Shown: positions 18,805 to 28,192 of the stretch, one piece after another
Numbering within the stretch: position 1 is the stretch's first letter
Layout of the letters: the number at the start of each line of letters is the position of its first letter
The notes under the pieces: generated by a model
What the model was told of the DNA's origin: nothing
The model's input: the letters and a program-made list of their open reading frames with translations, nothing else
The model's database searches: none
Made by a program: the position numbers and the translations under genes
NCBI GenBank assembly: GCA_964502635.1
Contig: CAZCXI010000002.1
Location: 1 to 60,360 of the forward strand
DNA from: an uncultured Desulfobacterales bacterium
Lineage (GTDB): Bacteria > Desulfobacterota > Desulfobacteria > Desulfobacterales > C00003060
DNA length: 60,360 nt
Reading direction: 5' to 3'

Positions 18805-19278
18805 ATGCAAAAGTACGCCCATGAAACAGTGGTGGGAATCTTCGTCATCATCGGGTTGGTGTGTGTGGGGTATATGGCGGTAAAACTCGGCGATGTTTCT
18901 CTTTTTGGTGACAATTCATACACGATATACGCGCGGTTCAACTCGGTGTCCGGCCTGAAAGCGGGCAATCCCGTGGAAATGCTTGGGATGGAGATCGGAA
19001 AGGTAGCAGCCTTTAAGCTGGATCAGGATGACCTGCTGGCCATGGTGGAGTTGAGAATCAAGCCAGACATAAAGATCTATGAGGATGCCATTGCCTCGAT
19101 CAAGACAGCCGGACTCATTGGAGACAAATATGTCAGCATCGATCCTGGGGGCGGGGGGGGTCTCCTAAAACCCGGCGACACCATCACGGAGACTGAATCG
19201 CCGGTAGATATTGGGGAACTCATCAGCAAATATGCCTTCGGAGACGTGAAGAAAGAGGAGGTGGAAAAAGATGAATGA
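18805..19278 (+). CDS. mlaD: MlaD (MCE-domain) substrate-binding component
   Basis: N-terminal TM anchor plus an MCE domain (ARFNSVSGLKAGNPVEMLGMEIGKV...GLIGDKYVSIDPG). Confidence 0.9.
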   Translation: MQKYAHETVVGIFVIIGLVCVGYMAVKLGDVSLFGDNSYTIYARFNSVSGLKAGNPVEMLGMEIGKVAAFKLDQDDLLAMVELRIKPDIKIYEDAIASIKTAGLIGDKYVSIDPGGGGGLLKPGDTITETESPVDIGELISKYAFGDVKKEEVEKDE

Positions 19279-19900
19279 GAAGTCAAGAAGCGTGGACATG
19301 AAAAGACAGGTTCTCGCATGGATCATGATGACGGTGATGGCCCTTTTTGCTTTTCCCCTTCAGGTGAGTGCGGGCACGCCGCAGCAAATCATTGAGGCAC
19401 AAGTGAACAAAGTGCTTGATGTGTTGCGGGAGCCCGCCTCAGAGGGCGAATCTGGTAAAAAGGCCAAGGAAGAGAAGATCTGGTCTATATTCGATAGCAT
19501 TTTCGACTATGCCGAACTTTCAAAAATGACCTTGAGTCGGAATTGGAAGAAACTGAATGGCGATCAACAGAAAGAGTTTGAAGAACTCTTTAGAAAGCTT
19601 CTTGGAAATGTCTACATGGACAGAATATTGGCCTACAAGGACGAAAAGGTCGCCTTTGAGAGGGAGACCATGCTTTCAGCGGACAAGGCCGAGGTTCAAA
19701 CCAAAATCCGTACAAGCACCAAGGAGATCCCCATGAACTACAGGATGATCGCCAAGAATGATCAATGGAAGGTGTATGACGTCATTATCGAGGGCGTGAG
19801 CATGATCAAGAACTACCGCAGCCAATTCAATGACATCCTCGCGAAGAAACCTCCCGAAGAGTTACTGAAAATCCTCCGGAAGAAGGTGGGCAACGCATAA
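19271..19900 (+). CDS. mlaC: MlaC/Ttg2D-family periplasmic lipid-binding protein
   Basis: Signal peptide (an alternative start is ATG 19298), a toluene-tolerance-family pattern, and position after mlaD. Confidence 0.8.
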   Translation: MNEKSRSVDMKRQVLAWIMMTVMALFAFPLQVSAGTPQQIIEAQVNKVLDVLREPASEGESGKKAKEEKIWSIFDSIFDYAELSKMTLSRNWKKLNGDQQKEFEELFRKLLGNVYMDRILAYKDEKVAFERETMLSADKAEVQTKIRTSTKEIPMNYRMIAKNDQWKVYDVIIEGVSMIKNYRSQFNDILAKKPPEELLKILRKKVGNA

Positions 19901-19911
19901 ATCCCTGATCA

Positions 19912-20769
19912 ATGACGAAAGGAGCCATATATCCTATGAGACGTCTATCATCTGCCGTTGTCATCATTGTTGTGTTCTTTATCATCTCCGTCTTCAAGCT
20001 GATCCCGTCGTCTTCTCTTGCATGGGCGGATGCATGGAATGTTGACAGACAAGAAACAGGGGCCTCGCTGGTAGATCAAGCCGTGTCCACACGGCAGGAC
20101 ATCGCGCTGGCCTCTGTTGACGATGATCCTGCCTCGCTGGACGAGGAAGAGGAAGAAGAAGTCGTGGAGATAGCGGATCCTATCTATTACTGGAACAAAG
20201 GCATGTATCATTTCAATGACAAGCTCTACTTCTGGTTATTTAAGCCCGCGGCAAGGGGATACAGGTGGGCGGTGCCTGAGTTGGTCAGGACGGGAGTCAG
20301 TAATTTCTTCTATAACCTGCGGTTTCCCATCCGGTTTGTCAGCTGTCTCCTTCAGGCCAAGGGAAGTGCGGCAGTGGGTGAACTAGGACGATTTGTCGTC
20401 AATACGACTGCAGGTGTCGCCGGTCTTAGAAATGTAGCCAAAGCCCACCCCAAGTTGAACCCAAGCGAGGAGGATTTAGGACAGACCTTCGGCCGGTGGG
20501 GGATCGGCAGCGGCTTTTATATCGTCTGGCCCTTTCTGGGCCCTTCCACGCTGCGAGAGTCCGTGGGGTGGGTGGGAGATCTGTTTCTGGATCCTGTCAC
20601 CTATGTGGACCCGAGAGAAGCGTCTGCAGGGATCATGGTATACGAAGTGCTGAACAAGGCCTCATTTACGATCGGAGATTACGAAGCCTTGAAGGAAGCG
20701 GCCCTTGAACCCTATGTGGCCATTCGTGACGCCTACGTCCAACATCGGAAAAAGAAGGTCGAAGAGTAG
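19912..20769 (+). CDS. mlaA: MlaA/VacJ-family outer-membrane lipoprotein
   Basis: The VacJ-like core (DPIYYWNKGMYHFNDKLYFWLFKP...NLRFPIRFVSCLLQ...NTTAGVAGL) is typical of MlaA. Confidence 0.85.
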   Translation: MTKGAIYPMRRLSSAVVIIVVFFIISVFKLIPSSSLAWADAWNVDRQETGASLVDQAVSTRQDIALASVDDDPASLDEEEEEEVVEIADPIYYWNKGMYHFNDKLYFWLFKPAARGYRWAVPELVRTGVSNFFYNLRFPIRFVSCLLQAKGSAAVGELGRFVVNTTAGVAGLRNVAKAHPKLNPSEEDLGQTFGRWGIGSGFYIVWPFLGPSTLRESVGWVGDLFLDPVTYVDPREASAGIMVYEVLNKASFTIGDYEALKEAALEPYVAIRDAYVQHRKKKVEE

Positions 20770-20847
20770 CTTCACGGCTGGATCTTCCCTGGCAGGATAT
20801 CCAGCGACCGGGCGGCCGGTAAACCTATGATCCTTCACGTGCCCTGA

Positions 20848-21567
20848 ATGATCTTTTTTGGCCAGACGGATGTTGGTCTGAAACGGGCCAAGAACGAAGA
20901 TAGCTTCGTTGTGAAGCCTGAACTGGGTCTTTGCCTTGTGGCGGACGGCATGGGTGGGGCTGCTGCCGGGGAACTGGCGAGCCACCTGTTTGTTGAGACC
21001 GCGGTGGAGGTGTTTTCGAGATCCCCGAGTCGATCTGAAAAGGAGACCGCTGACCTTACTCAAAAGGCTTTTCAATGGGCAAATGAACGAATCCTTGATC
21101 ACGTCGGGACGGAGCCTCGGCACAAGGGCATGGGCTGTACAGCAGAATTGGTGGCGTTTTGTAAAGACAGTTTTGTTGTAGGACACGTAGGAGACAGCCG
21201 CACCTATCTCCTTAGAAACGGGCAGCTGAAGCAATTAACCGAAGATCACTCTGTTGTCCAAGACCAGATAAACCGGGGCATCATCAGCCCGGCCCAAGCA
21301 AAAAACCATCCGCTCAGAAACGTCATACTTCAGGCAGTGGGGGTTAAAGAAAAGATAGAGGTGGACGTCATGACAGGCAAAGCACTTGCGGGCGACCTCT
21401 TTCTACTTTGCTCGGACGGACTCACGGATATGGTTGATGACACATCGATTCAGGAAACGCTTTCCGTGACCGGCGCTGTCCCTGCAAAGGCAAACAACCT
21501 GATTGAGCTTGCAAAATCCGCTGGCGGCCACGACAATATTACCGTGGTCCTGTCTCAAGTAGTCTGA
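20848..21567 (+). CDS. PP2C-family Ser/Thr protein phosphatase
   Basis: GQTDVGLKRAKNEDSF, ADGMGG, GDSR, LCSDGL and GGHDNITVV motifs. Confidence 0.9.
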   Translation: MIFFGQTDVGLKRAKNEDSFVVKPELGLCLVADGMGGAAAGELASHLFVETAVEVFSRSPSRSEKETADLTQKAFQWANERILDHVGTEPRHKGMGCTAELVAFCKDSFVVGHVGDSRTYLLRNGQLKQLTEDHSVVQDQINRGIISPAQAKNHPLRNVILQAVGVKEKIEVDVMTGKALAGDLFLLCSDGLTDMVDDTSIQETLSVTGAVPAKANNLIELAKSAGGHDNITVVLSQVV

Positions 21568-23240
21568 TCATCGGCGATCTCGTCCTCCGGCGCGTTGTTG
21601 TCCTCCGACGCGTTGTCGGTTGCCTGAAATTGTTTCCGCATGAAGTCTGAAAGATTGACCCTGTCGTATCTCTGAGTCAAATCCTGTCTGAGGGCAGTCA
21701 TGTCCTGTAGAAGTTCTCCTGCGCTTTGATATCGGAGCCGCTTGTCTTTCTCCAGACATTTCATGATGATGTGATTCAACGCGTCCGGAACATCCTGCCG
21801 GCAGTCTGTTATGGGTGGTATCTCCCTTTCCGGGATGGATCTGATGGCTTCTATATCACTGGTGAATTTATAAAGTCTTTTGCCTGAAAGCATTTCATAA
21901 AACACGATCCCCAGGGCATATAGGTCTGCCTGGTGGTTCACCGTTTGCCCCAGGGCCTGTTCGGGAGACAGGTAAGCAAGCTTTCCCTTGATAACGCCCG
22001 AGTGGGTCAGGCTCGGTTCAGAACTTGTCTTCGATATTCCGAAGTCGCTTATTTTTACTTCTCCTTGAAATGAAATCAGAATGTTCTGAGGACTGATATC
22101 TCGATGGACAATGTTGAGGGCCTCCCCTGACTTGTGGTCTTTTTTCGAGTGGGAGTACTCCAGCCCCATAGCCACTTGAGAGGCAATAAAAACGGCTTGG
22201 TCGACGGTCATTTGGTCCTGAAGTTTGGCCATCACCTCGCCCAGATTCTTTCCCCGGACATACTCCATGGCAATAAAATAAACGTTTGCGATTTTACCAA
22301 AATCAAGGACCTGGACCACGTTCGGGTGCTGCAACAAGGCCGCCAATCTCGCTTCTCGGATGAACATGTTGACAAAATCCGAATTCTCAGCAAGGTGGGG
22401 CAGAACCCTCTTGACAGCCACTGTCTTGCGAAAACCGTCCTGGCGTTCGTAGCCCGCCACGAATAGTTCAGCCATCCCCCCTTGTGCCACCTTCTTTTCC
22501 AACAAATAGGGACCCATCCTGGTCATACCCTCCATGGCCTTTTGTGCCTTTAGGGCTCTTGCCATGGACAGGCGATCCATGGTCACAAGTATGGCTAACA
22601 ACAAGACAAGGCCGAAAACCACCCCGAAAACAAAAACGGTCCTGTACCTGCTCAAAGAAGCATGCAGGTCGGCTGCCGACAGGGCCAAATAAACCTTGCC
22701 TATTCTTACGCCCGAATAGACCACGGGAGCTGAGAACCGAACGGTTTTTTCATTCTTGACGGACACGCCCTCCTCAACGGAGACCCCCTCAATGGTCCCT
22801 TGGTAGCTTTCATGTCTTAAGGAAGGCAGCGTCCGGTTGACCAATCTCGCGTCCGTGTGCGCCACGATCTTATCCTGGTGGTCCACGATGGCACAAAATA
22901 TCAGGCCTGCACTGCTTTCAAGCTCGCCGATGGCCATGTTCAGGGATAAAACATCATTTTCCAAAAGGGATGGGCCGATTTGAGCGACAAGATTATGGGT
23001 CCGTTCCAATCCAACCTGGTAGAAATCGTCCTTCAGGCCTTTCACCGTCTTTTGGAGCGTCACATAGCCGGCCAGGCAGCCGACGACCCAAATCAAAAGA
23101 CACAGGTTGATTCGTTTCCTGTTGCGCTGAATCGCGTTTATTCTGAATACCCCCCTGCCAAACTTCAGGAAGATATTCGTCGAGAAATCCTTGACCCACA
23201 ACATAGTCGTTGAAGCTGTTTCGCGAACCGTCATGATCAA
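21555..23240 (-). CDS. Hanks-type Ser/Thr protein kinase with an N-terminal extracytoplasmic sensor domain
   Basis: C-terminal kinase domain (VAVKRV, HRDISPQNIL, DFG, SPEQ). The N-terminus has TM, a roughly 150-aa sensor, then TM. It is convergent with the PP2C gene and overlaps it by 13 nt. Confidence 0.9.
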   Translation of the reverse strand: MIMTVRETASTTMLWVKDFSTNIFLKFGRGVFRINAIQRNRKRINLCLLIWVVGCLAGYVTLQKTVKGLKDDFYQVGLERTHNLVAQIGPSLLENDVLSLNMAIGELESSAGLIFCAIVDHQDKIVAHTDARLVNRTLPSLRHESYQGTIEGVSVEEGVSVKNEKTVRFSAPVVYSGVRIGKVYLALSAADLHASLSRYRTVFVFGVVFGLVLLLAILVTMDRLSMARALKAQKAMEGMTRMGPYLLEKKVAQGGMAELFVAGYERQDGFRKTVAVKRVLPHLAENSDFVNMFIREARLAALLQHPNVVQVLDFGKIANVYFIAMEYVRGKNLGEVMAKLQDQMTVDQAVFIASQVAMGLEYSHSKKDHKSGEALNIVHRDISPQNILISFQGEVKISDFGISKTSSEPSLTHSGVIKGKLAYLSPEQALGQTVNHQADLYALGIVFYEMLSGKRLYKFTSDIEAIRSIPEREIPPITDCRQDVPDALNHIIMKCLEKDKRLRYQSAGELLQDMTALRQDLTQRYDRVNLSDFMRKQFQATDNASEDNNAPEDEIADDQTT

Positions 23241-23276
23241 ACCTCTGTCCCTGGCAAAACCCCTCAGTTTCCCCTC

Positions 23277-24236
23277 TTACACAGCCAGTTTCCTGATGAT
23301 CTCAGTGCACCTGAAGACCACCTGTCGTTTCAACCAACCCAGACCTTCTGTCTCACCGATGTCTGTCAAGGACATCCCTTCAGATTTTGAGCTCTTTGCG
23401 GTTCCTGGTTCGCCATCTCCCGCGCGAAGACATACAAAACCATCCAAATTGATGCGACTCACCGCTTCGTGCGTGAAGGGCTTGTCCAACCCACATAGAG
23501 GGCACGCCATATGGGAGGTTTTTCCCAGAGGAACATGCTCGGCCTTCAATGCGCTCTTTGGGCCCCTTGACCCCTTGGCTGTAAGGGTAAAATCACTAAA
23601 GGACAACGCAACAGCGAGCAGCAAAAGCACACCAAAGCTTGAAATCGTGATCAAACTGAACCGGCGCTTGAAGTGGTTGATCTCAATAGCTGAAAGGGCC
23701 AGATAGATTTCGCCAATCTTCGTCCCAGCATAGGTGACATTCGTCGAAAAGCTAAAGATCTTTTTCCGGTCCGCTGCAAACCCTTCCCAAAAAGACACCC
23801 GGTCAATGGTCCGGGCAAAACCCCCTTTGTTCACAGGCATGATGAGTTCAGCATTGGTATAGGCGACGATATTATTCTTGTGATCGATAATGGCCGCGTA
23901 AACAACACTTGGGTTGTCTGTCGCTTCATGGAGCAGACCACTCAGCGTGGCCATGTCTCGCTCTAGCAGGGGCATGCCGACCTTCTCCGAAAACGCTGTG
24001 GCCATGGCGATTCCAGATTGACTGATATTGCGCTTGACCTGGCCGATGCTGATTCTCACAATCACATACGTGATGAGGACAAGCAAAAGCCAAGCCAGCA
24101 GGCAGAACATGAGAACGCGTTTGTTTCTACGGTTCGGCCCCACTCCAAGCATCTTCTCCCTTGTGCAAACCAAGAACTTCCATAAGGGGTTTTTCCGGCG
24201 CCACATTGAATGGCCAGTCATCCTCTCACCCGCCAT
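23277..24236 (-). CDS. membrane protein with a sensor domain paralogous to the kinase N-terminus; Cys-containing C-terminal tail
   Basis: AAIIDHKNNIVAYTNAELI / GTKIGEIYLALSA parallel AIVDHQDKIVAHTDARLV / GVRIGKVYLALSA in the kinase. The tail contains CPLCG. Confidence 0.6.
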   Translation of the reverse strand: MAGERMTGHSMWRRKNPLWKFLVCTREKMLGVGPNRRNKRVLMFCLLAWLLLVLITYVIVRISIGQVKRNISQSGIAMATAFSEKVGMPLLERDMATLSGLLHEATDNPSVVYAAIIDHKNNIVAYTNAELIMPVNKGGFARTIDRVSFWEGFAADRKKIFSFSTNVTYAGTKIGEIYLALSAIEINHFKRRFSLITISSFGVLLLLAVALSFSDFTLTAKGSRGPKSALKAEHVPLGKTSHMACPLCGLDKPFTHEAVSRINLDGFVCLRAGDGEPGTAKSSKSEGMSLTDIGETEGLGWLKRQVVFRCTEIIRKLAV

Positions 24237-24718
24237 GATCCGTCACGATTTATTGGGACAGCACGGGTTCTCTGCGGACCCCGCCCAGGGGCAATGTTTC
24301 AAGTGAATCACATGGATGGTGACAGAAATAGAAACCCTTTGGTCCTTCTTCCTTTTGCCGCGAACAACGTACGACGGACAATCAACAAGTGAACATTTAT
24401 CGCCCCGTGAATATATAAGAATCCTATAATCATCTTAAGGTGTTGTCAAGCAACTTGACCACCGGCATCCTCTCTGGTCAGCAGGGGTTTTCCTTCAGCC
24501 CCTGCCATCTTTAAGATACCCCCCAACGACAGGGCGCCGTGACACCAAAGGACCACGAAAAACCCCACTATCGGCGGCCAACTCTGGGCGGATGGTCAAT
24601 ATTTCCTTGATATTTTGATGCCTTTGTGTTCTTAATTTAGACGGCTTCTAAAAAGTTATTTCCTCGCTCCGTCGACATTTTATGGGCAATCTTGCATGCC
24701 TATTCGTGGTTTGTCATC

Positions 24719-25762
24719 ATGGGCGATTTCAACAAGAAAGGAAACGATCCCTTGTCCAGAAGAAGCCTAACAAGCTTGAAGTCTCTGGTTGTGGTGGTGT
24801 TGATGGTCGGAGGTGGCCTCGTCCTGCTGTCGTCCTGCGCCATGACGAGTAGGACACCTCTGTTCGTCAAATCAGAGGATTATATCGTTTACAGGCTTCA
24901 GAAAGGGGAGACGCCCGTCACACTGGCTGAAAGATTCTTGGGCGATGACAAGAGATCATGGGTCGTGGAGGAGGCCAACAAGGACATTTCTTTTAAAAGG
25001 GGACATGTCGTCGTCGTCCCTTTAAAAGAGGAAAACAAGGCAGGACTCAGACCGGACGGATTTCAGATGGTGCCGATTCTTGCCTACCACCGCTTTGCCG
25101 ATGATTGTGAGGGCCCTCTCTGTCTGCCTGCCCGTGTTTTTGACCAGCAGATGAAGTATCTGAAAGAAAACGGTTACAGGTCCGTGACCTGCCGTGAGCT
25201 ACTCGCCTTTCTTCAGTATCAACACGCCCTTCCCGAGAAGGCAGTCGTTATCACCATAGATGACGGCTACAAATCGATCTATGACATTGCCTACCCCATC
25301 CTGAAGAAGTATGGTTTCACCGCAACGCTTTTTATATATACCGATTTCATAGGTGCGTCCAGAAATGCCATGACATGGGCCCGGCTCAGAGAGATGAAGG
25401 CACATGGTTTCGAGGTGGGTGGGCACACCATGTCTCACGCCGATCTGACGCAACAAAGGAAAGGGGAGGATCTCCAGACCTACAAGGCCAGGATTGAGAG
25501 AGAGCTCCGGGTTTCGAAGCAGATCATCGATAAGAATGTGAGGCAGAACACGATTCTCCTGGCGTTTCCTTACGGACGTTACGACGAGACCATACTAGCC
25601 ATGTGTAAACGCCTGGGTTATAAGATGGCAGTGTCTGTGAAAAGGGGAAGCAACCCTTTCTTTGCGGACCCGCTGGCCCTGAGAAGGAACCAGGTACTGG
25701 GAAGAGACATGAAAACCTTCGTTTCCAGATTGAAGACCTTTCAGAAGGCTTCATTGAGGTAG
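24719..25762 (+). CDS. LysM-domain polysaccharide deacetylase (NodB family) lipoprotein
   Basis: Lipobox LLSSC, LysM (YIVYRLQKGETPVTLAERF), and NodB motifs (TIDDGY, GGHTMSH). The frame is open from TTG 24692. Confidence 0.85.
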   Translation: MGDFNKKGNDPLSRRSLTSLKSLVVVVLMVGGGLVLLSSCAMTSRTPLFVKSEDYIVYRLQKGETPVTLAERFLGDDKRSWVVEEANKDISFKRGHVVVVPLKEENKAGLRPDGFQMVPILAYHRFADDCEGPLCLPARVFDQQMKYLKENGYRSVTCRELLAFLQYQHALPEKAVVITIDDGYKSIYDIAYPILKKYGFTATLFIYTDFIGASRNAMTWARLREMKAHGFEVGGHTMSHADLTQQRKGEDLQTYKARIERELRVSKQIIDKNVRQNTILLAFPYGRYDETILAMCKRLGYKMAVSVKRGSNPFFADPLALRRNQVLGRDMKTFVSRLKTFQKASLR

Positions 25763-25770
25763 ACTGCCCC

Positions 25771-27024
25771 ATGAGATACAACCGAGTGCTCTTTGGGCTT
25801 GTCCTTGTGTTAGCCACCGCCGCCGGCTGTGCCGGCCTAGGTAAAAAATCGGCGGACCTGGGCAAGAAATCGCTGGAATTGGGCAAGAAACCGCTGGACA
25901 AGATCTTTAACAGTGAGCAAGAAAAACTGCTTCACACGTATTTAGACAAAGGGCAGGATTACGAACAAAAGGGGGATCTGAAGGAGGCACTCACGCAATA
26001 CAAGCTGGCGCTGGCGATGAGTCCTCAAAACCAACTGGCTATTGAAAGGCATCATAAGCTCGAAACAAAGTTGCGGGCGATCGCACAAAGGCACTATCTA
26101 GCGGGGTTGAAGTTTCAAAAGAGGGGTAAATATGCCTTGGCCCGCCTCCAGTTTTTGACGGCGCTCAGATTGTGGCCGGGCCATCCGTATGCGAAGAAGA
26201 TGCTCACCACCAAAGAACAGATCCGGGCAGAAAGGTATGTGATGCATCAAATTCAGCCAGGTGAAAACCTTTCAAAGTTGGCCAAGATCTACTACGGGGA
26301 TTACCACAAGTTTGGCGTCATAGCGCAGTACAATAACCTGGCAGATGCCACCCAGGTGAAGGTTGGTCAAGAAATCAAGGTTCCGGAAATGGATGGCTTG
26401 CCATTCTTGGCTGGCAAGAAAGACATTGAGATCGAAGAGAAAAAGCTCCCCGGTTTTGTCGCTTCCGTAGAAGAAGCCGAGGACATGGCACCCCCAGAGG
26501 AAGAGATACAAGAAGAGATACAAGAAGAGATAGAGGGTGTGACAGAGGAAGAACCGGAGCCCGTTGTGGATGTGGTCGCCATGTACCGAGATCAGGGCAT
26601 TGGTCTGTTTAACCAAAAAAAATACCAGGAAGCTATCGTTGAATTCACCAAGGTTGTGAACGTGGATCCTGAGGATGGCACGGCGCTGGAATATCTTTAC
26701 AAATCACACTTTCAACATGCCGTGACATTATTTGATAAAGAGGACTACCTGTCAGCCAAGAAGGAATTTGAAGCGTGTCTCCGATTCAAACAGGACAGCC
26801 GGCAATGCCGAGAGTACGCCGCAAAGTGTCAGCAAATGTATAAGGACCTTCATTACAACAGGGGGGTTTCATACTTCGGGAAAGAACAATTGTCAGAGGC
26901 CATCAAGGAGTGGCAACTGGTGCAGACCGTCGATCCCGGCTATAAACAGGTTGAGGACAATATCAACAAGGCCCAGGCACTCTTGAAACGATTAGAGGAG
27001 ATAAGAAAGCTTCAGGGGCAATGA
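25771..27024 (+). CDS. TPR-repeat and LysM-domain lipoprotein
   Basis: Lipobox LATAAGC, TPR-like repeats, LysM (YVMHQIQPGENLSKLAKIYYGD), and an acidic EEIQEEIQEEIE linker. Confidence 0.75.
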   Translation: MRYNRVLFGLVLVLATAAGCAGLGKKSADLGKKSLELGKKPLDKIFNSEQEKLLHTYLDKGQDYEQKGDLKEALTQYKLALAMSPQNQLAIERHHKLETKLRAIAQRHYLAGLKFQKRGKYALARLQFLTALRLWPGHPYAKKMLTTKEQIRAERYVMHQIQPGENLSKLAKIYYGDYHKFGVIAQYNNLADATQVKVGQEIKVPEMDGLPFLAGKKDIEIEEKKLPGFVASVEEAEDMAPPEEEIQEEIQEEIEGVTEEEPEPVVDVVAMYRDQGIGLFNQKKYQEAIVEFTKVVNVDPEDGTALEYLYKSHFQHAVTLFDKEDYLSAKKEFEACLRFKQDSRQCREYAAKCQQMYKDLHYNRGVSYFGKEQLSEAIKEWQLVQTVDPGYKQVEDNINKAQALLKRLEEIRKLQGQ

Positions 27025-27169
27025 TGGGCGAGAAGTCGTTAGCCCCGATCCGGGCGGCTGCGACCATGGTGACGATTCATACAAAGGTTGTTTTGTGACT
27101 TCGTCAACGATGATGGTTTCGTCAACAATGAGAATTCATGTGTGAAAGTCATGCTGAAGGGGGGCATGG

Positions 27170-27484
27170 ATGGCTATTGCGGAAATTAGCATTGTCCCTA
27201 TCGGGACCGAGTCTACGAGCCTGAGCACCTATGTGGCTGCGTGCCTCGAGGTATTGGAGGGCTCGGGTCTCACCCACGAACTCCACGGCATGGGAACGAT
27301 CATCGAGGGAGACCTCAAGGATCTTTGTGAAACCATCTTGAAGATGCACGAGGTGCCGTTTAAAGCCGGGGCTCTTCGGGTGGTGACGACCCTCAAGATC
27401 GATGACAGGCGGGACAAAGAGACGTCAGCCGAAGAAAAAGTCAAGGCCGTATTGAGAAAAAAATCCAAGGCCCAAGCGTCCTGA
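27170..27484 (+). CDS. MTH1187/YkoF-family (DUF77) thiamine-binding-like protein
   Basis: MAIAEISIVPIGTESTSLSTYVA...HGMGTIIEG pattern. Confidence 0.8.
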   Translation: MAIAEISIVPIGTESTSLSTYVAACLEVLEGSGLTHELHGMGTIIEGDLKDLCETILKMHEVPFKAGALRVVTTLKIDDRRDKETSAEEKVKAVLRKKSKAQAS

Positions 27485-27559
27485 CCATCTTTGTCTCTTC
27501 CACGGGGCGTAAAGCGATATCGTCGGTTTTTCAGTCGGTTAACAGCAAAGTCGCCGGAA

Positions 27560-28039
27560 TCAGACTTTCACGATTTGCCCGGTGAGTTTCTCTCCCAGGA
27601 TCAGGATACCCACTGAGCCCCCTGACAGAAACGGGGCCCTGCCATAAAAGGCCCCTGGATTGAAGAAGAGGATCCCGTCTCTCACCTCATTGTCGGACCT
27701 ATGGGTATGCCCGTAGACAATGGCATTCACCTCGTCAAAGCCGGCCATGAGTCCTTTCACAGAAGCAAATGACTTTCCCCAGCCGTGGGTTAAGCCGATG
27801 CGAAAGCCCCCAACCTCTACGATCCTTTTGGACGGCAGTTGATTCTTGACCACCGCAGAATCCATGTTGCCGCTCACAGCCAAGACCTCTTTGTCGCAAA
27901 AAGCCTCCAGCACATCGAGTTCGGTGAGGTCGCCTGCATGAAGAATCATTGAGACATCGGCAAAGGCACCGCGTCGCAGCTCGTAGAGCGCTTTTGTCGG
28001 CTTTCTGAGGTGGGTGTCCGAGATCACGCCGATTTTCAT
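27560..28039 (-). CDS. YfcE/MJ0936-family metallophosphoesterase
   Basis: MKIGVISDTH, GD...., GNMD and GHTH motifs. Confidence 0.85.
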   Translation of the reverse strand: MKIGVISDTHLRKPTKALYELRRGAFADVSMILHAGDLTELDVLEAFCDKEVLAVSGNMDSAVVKNQLPSKRIVEVGGFRIGLTHGWGKSFASVKGLMAGFDEVNAIVYGHTHRSDNEVRDGILFFNPGAFYGRAPFLSGGSVGILILGEKLTGQIVKV

Positions 28040-28192
28040 GGCAATGCCTTGATAGAGTGCGCGAAAGGGTGGTATGGGTTCACCACTGGGGCATCTGTGA
28101 AACGTATGTCGTCCAAGCTATGGGTCTTATAACACATCACACACCTTACATACAATTTGCCTTGGCTGAAAACAACTGTTTAGAGGGTTGTT

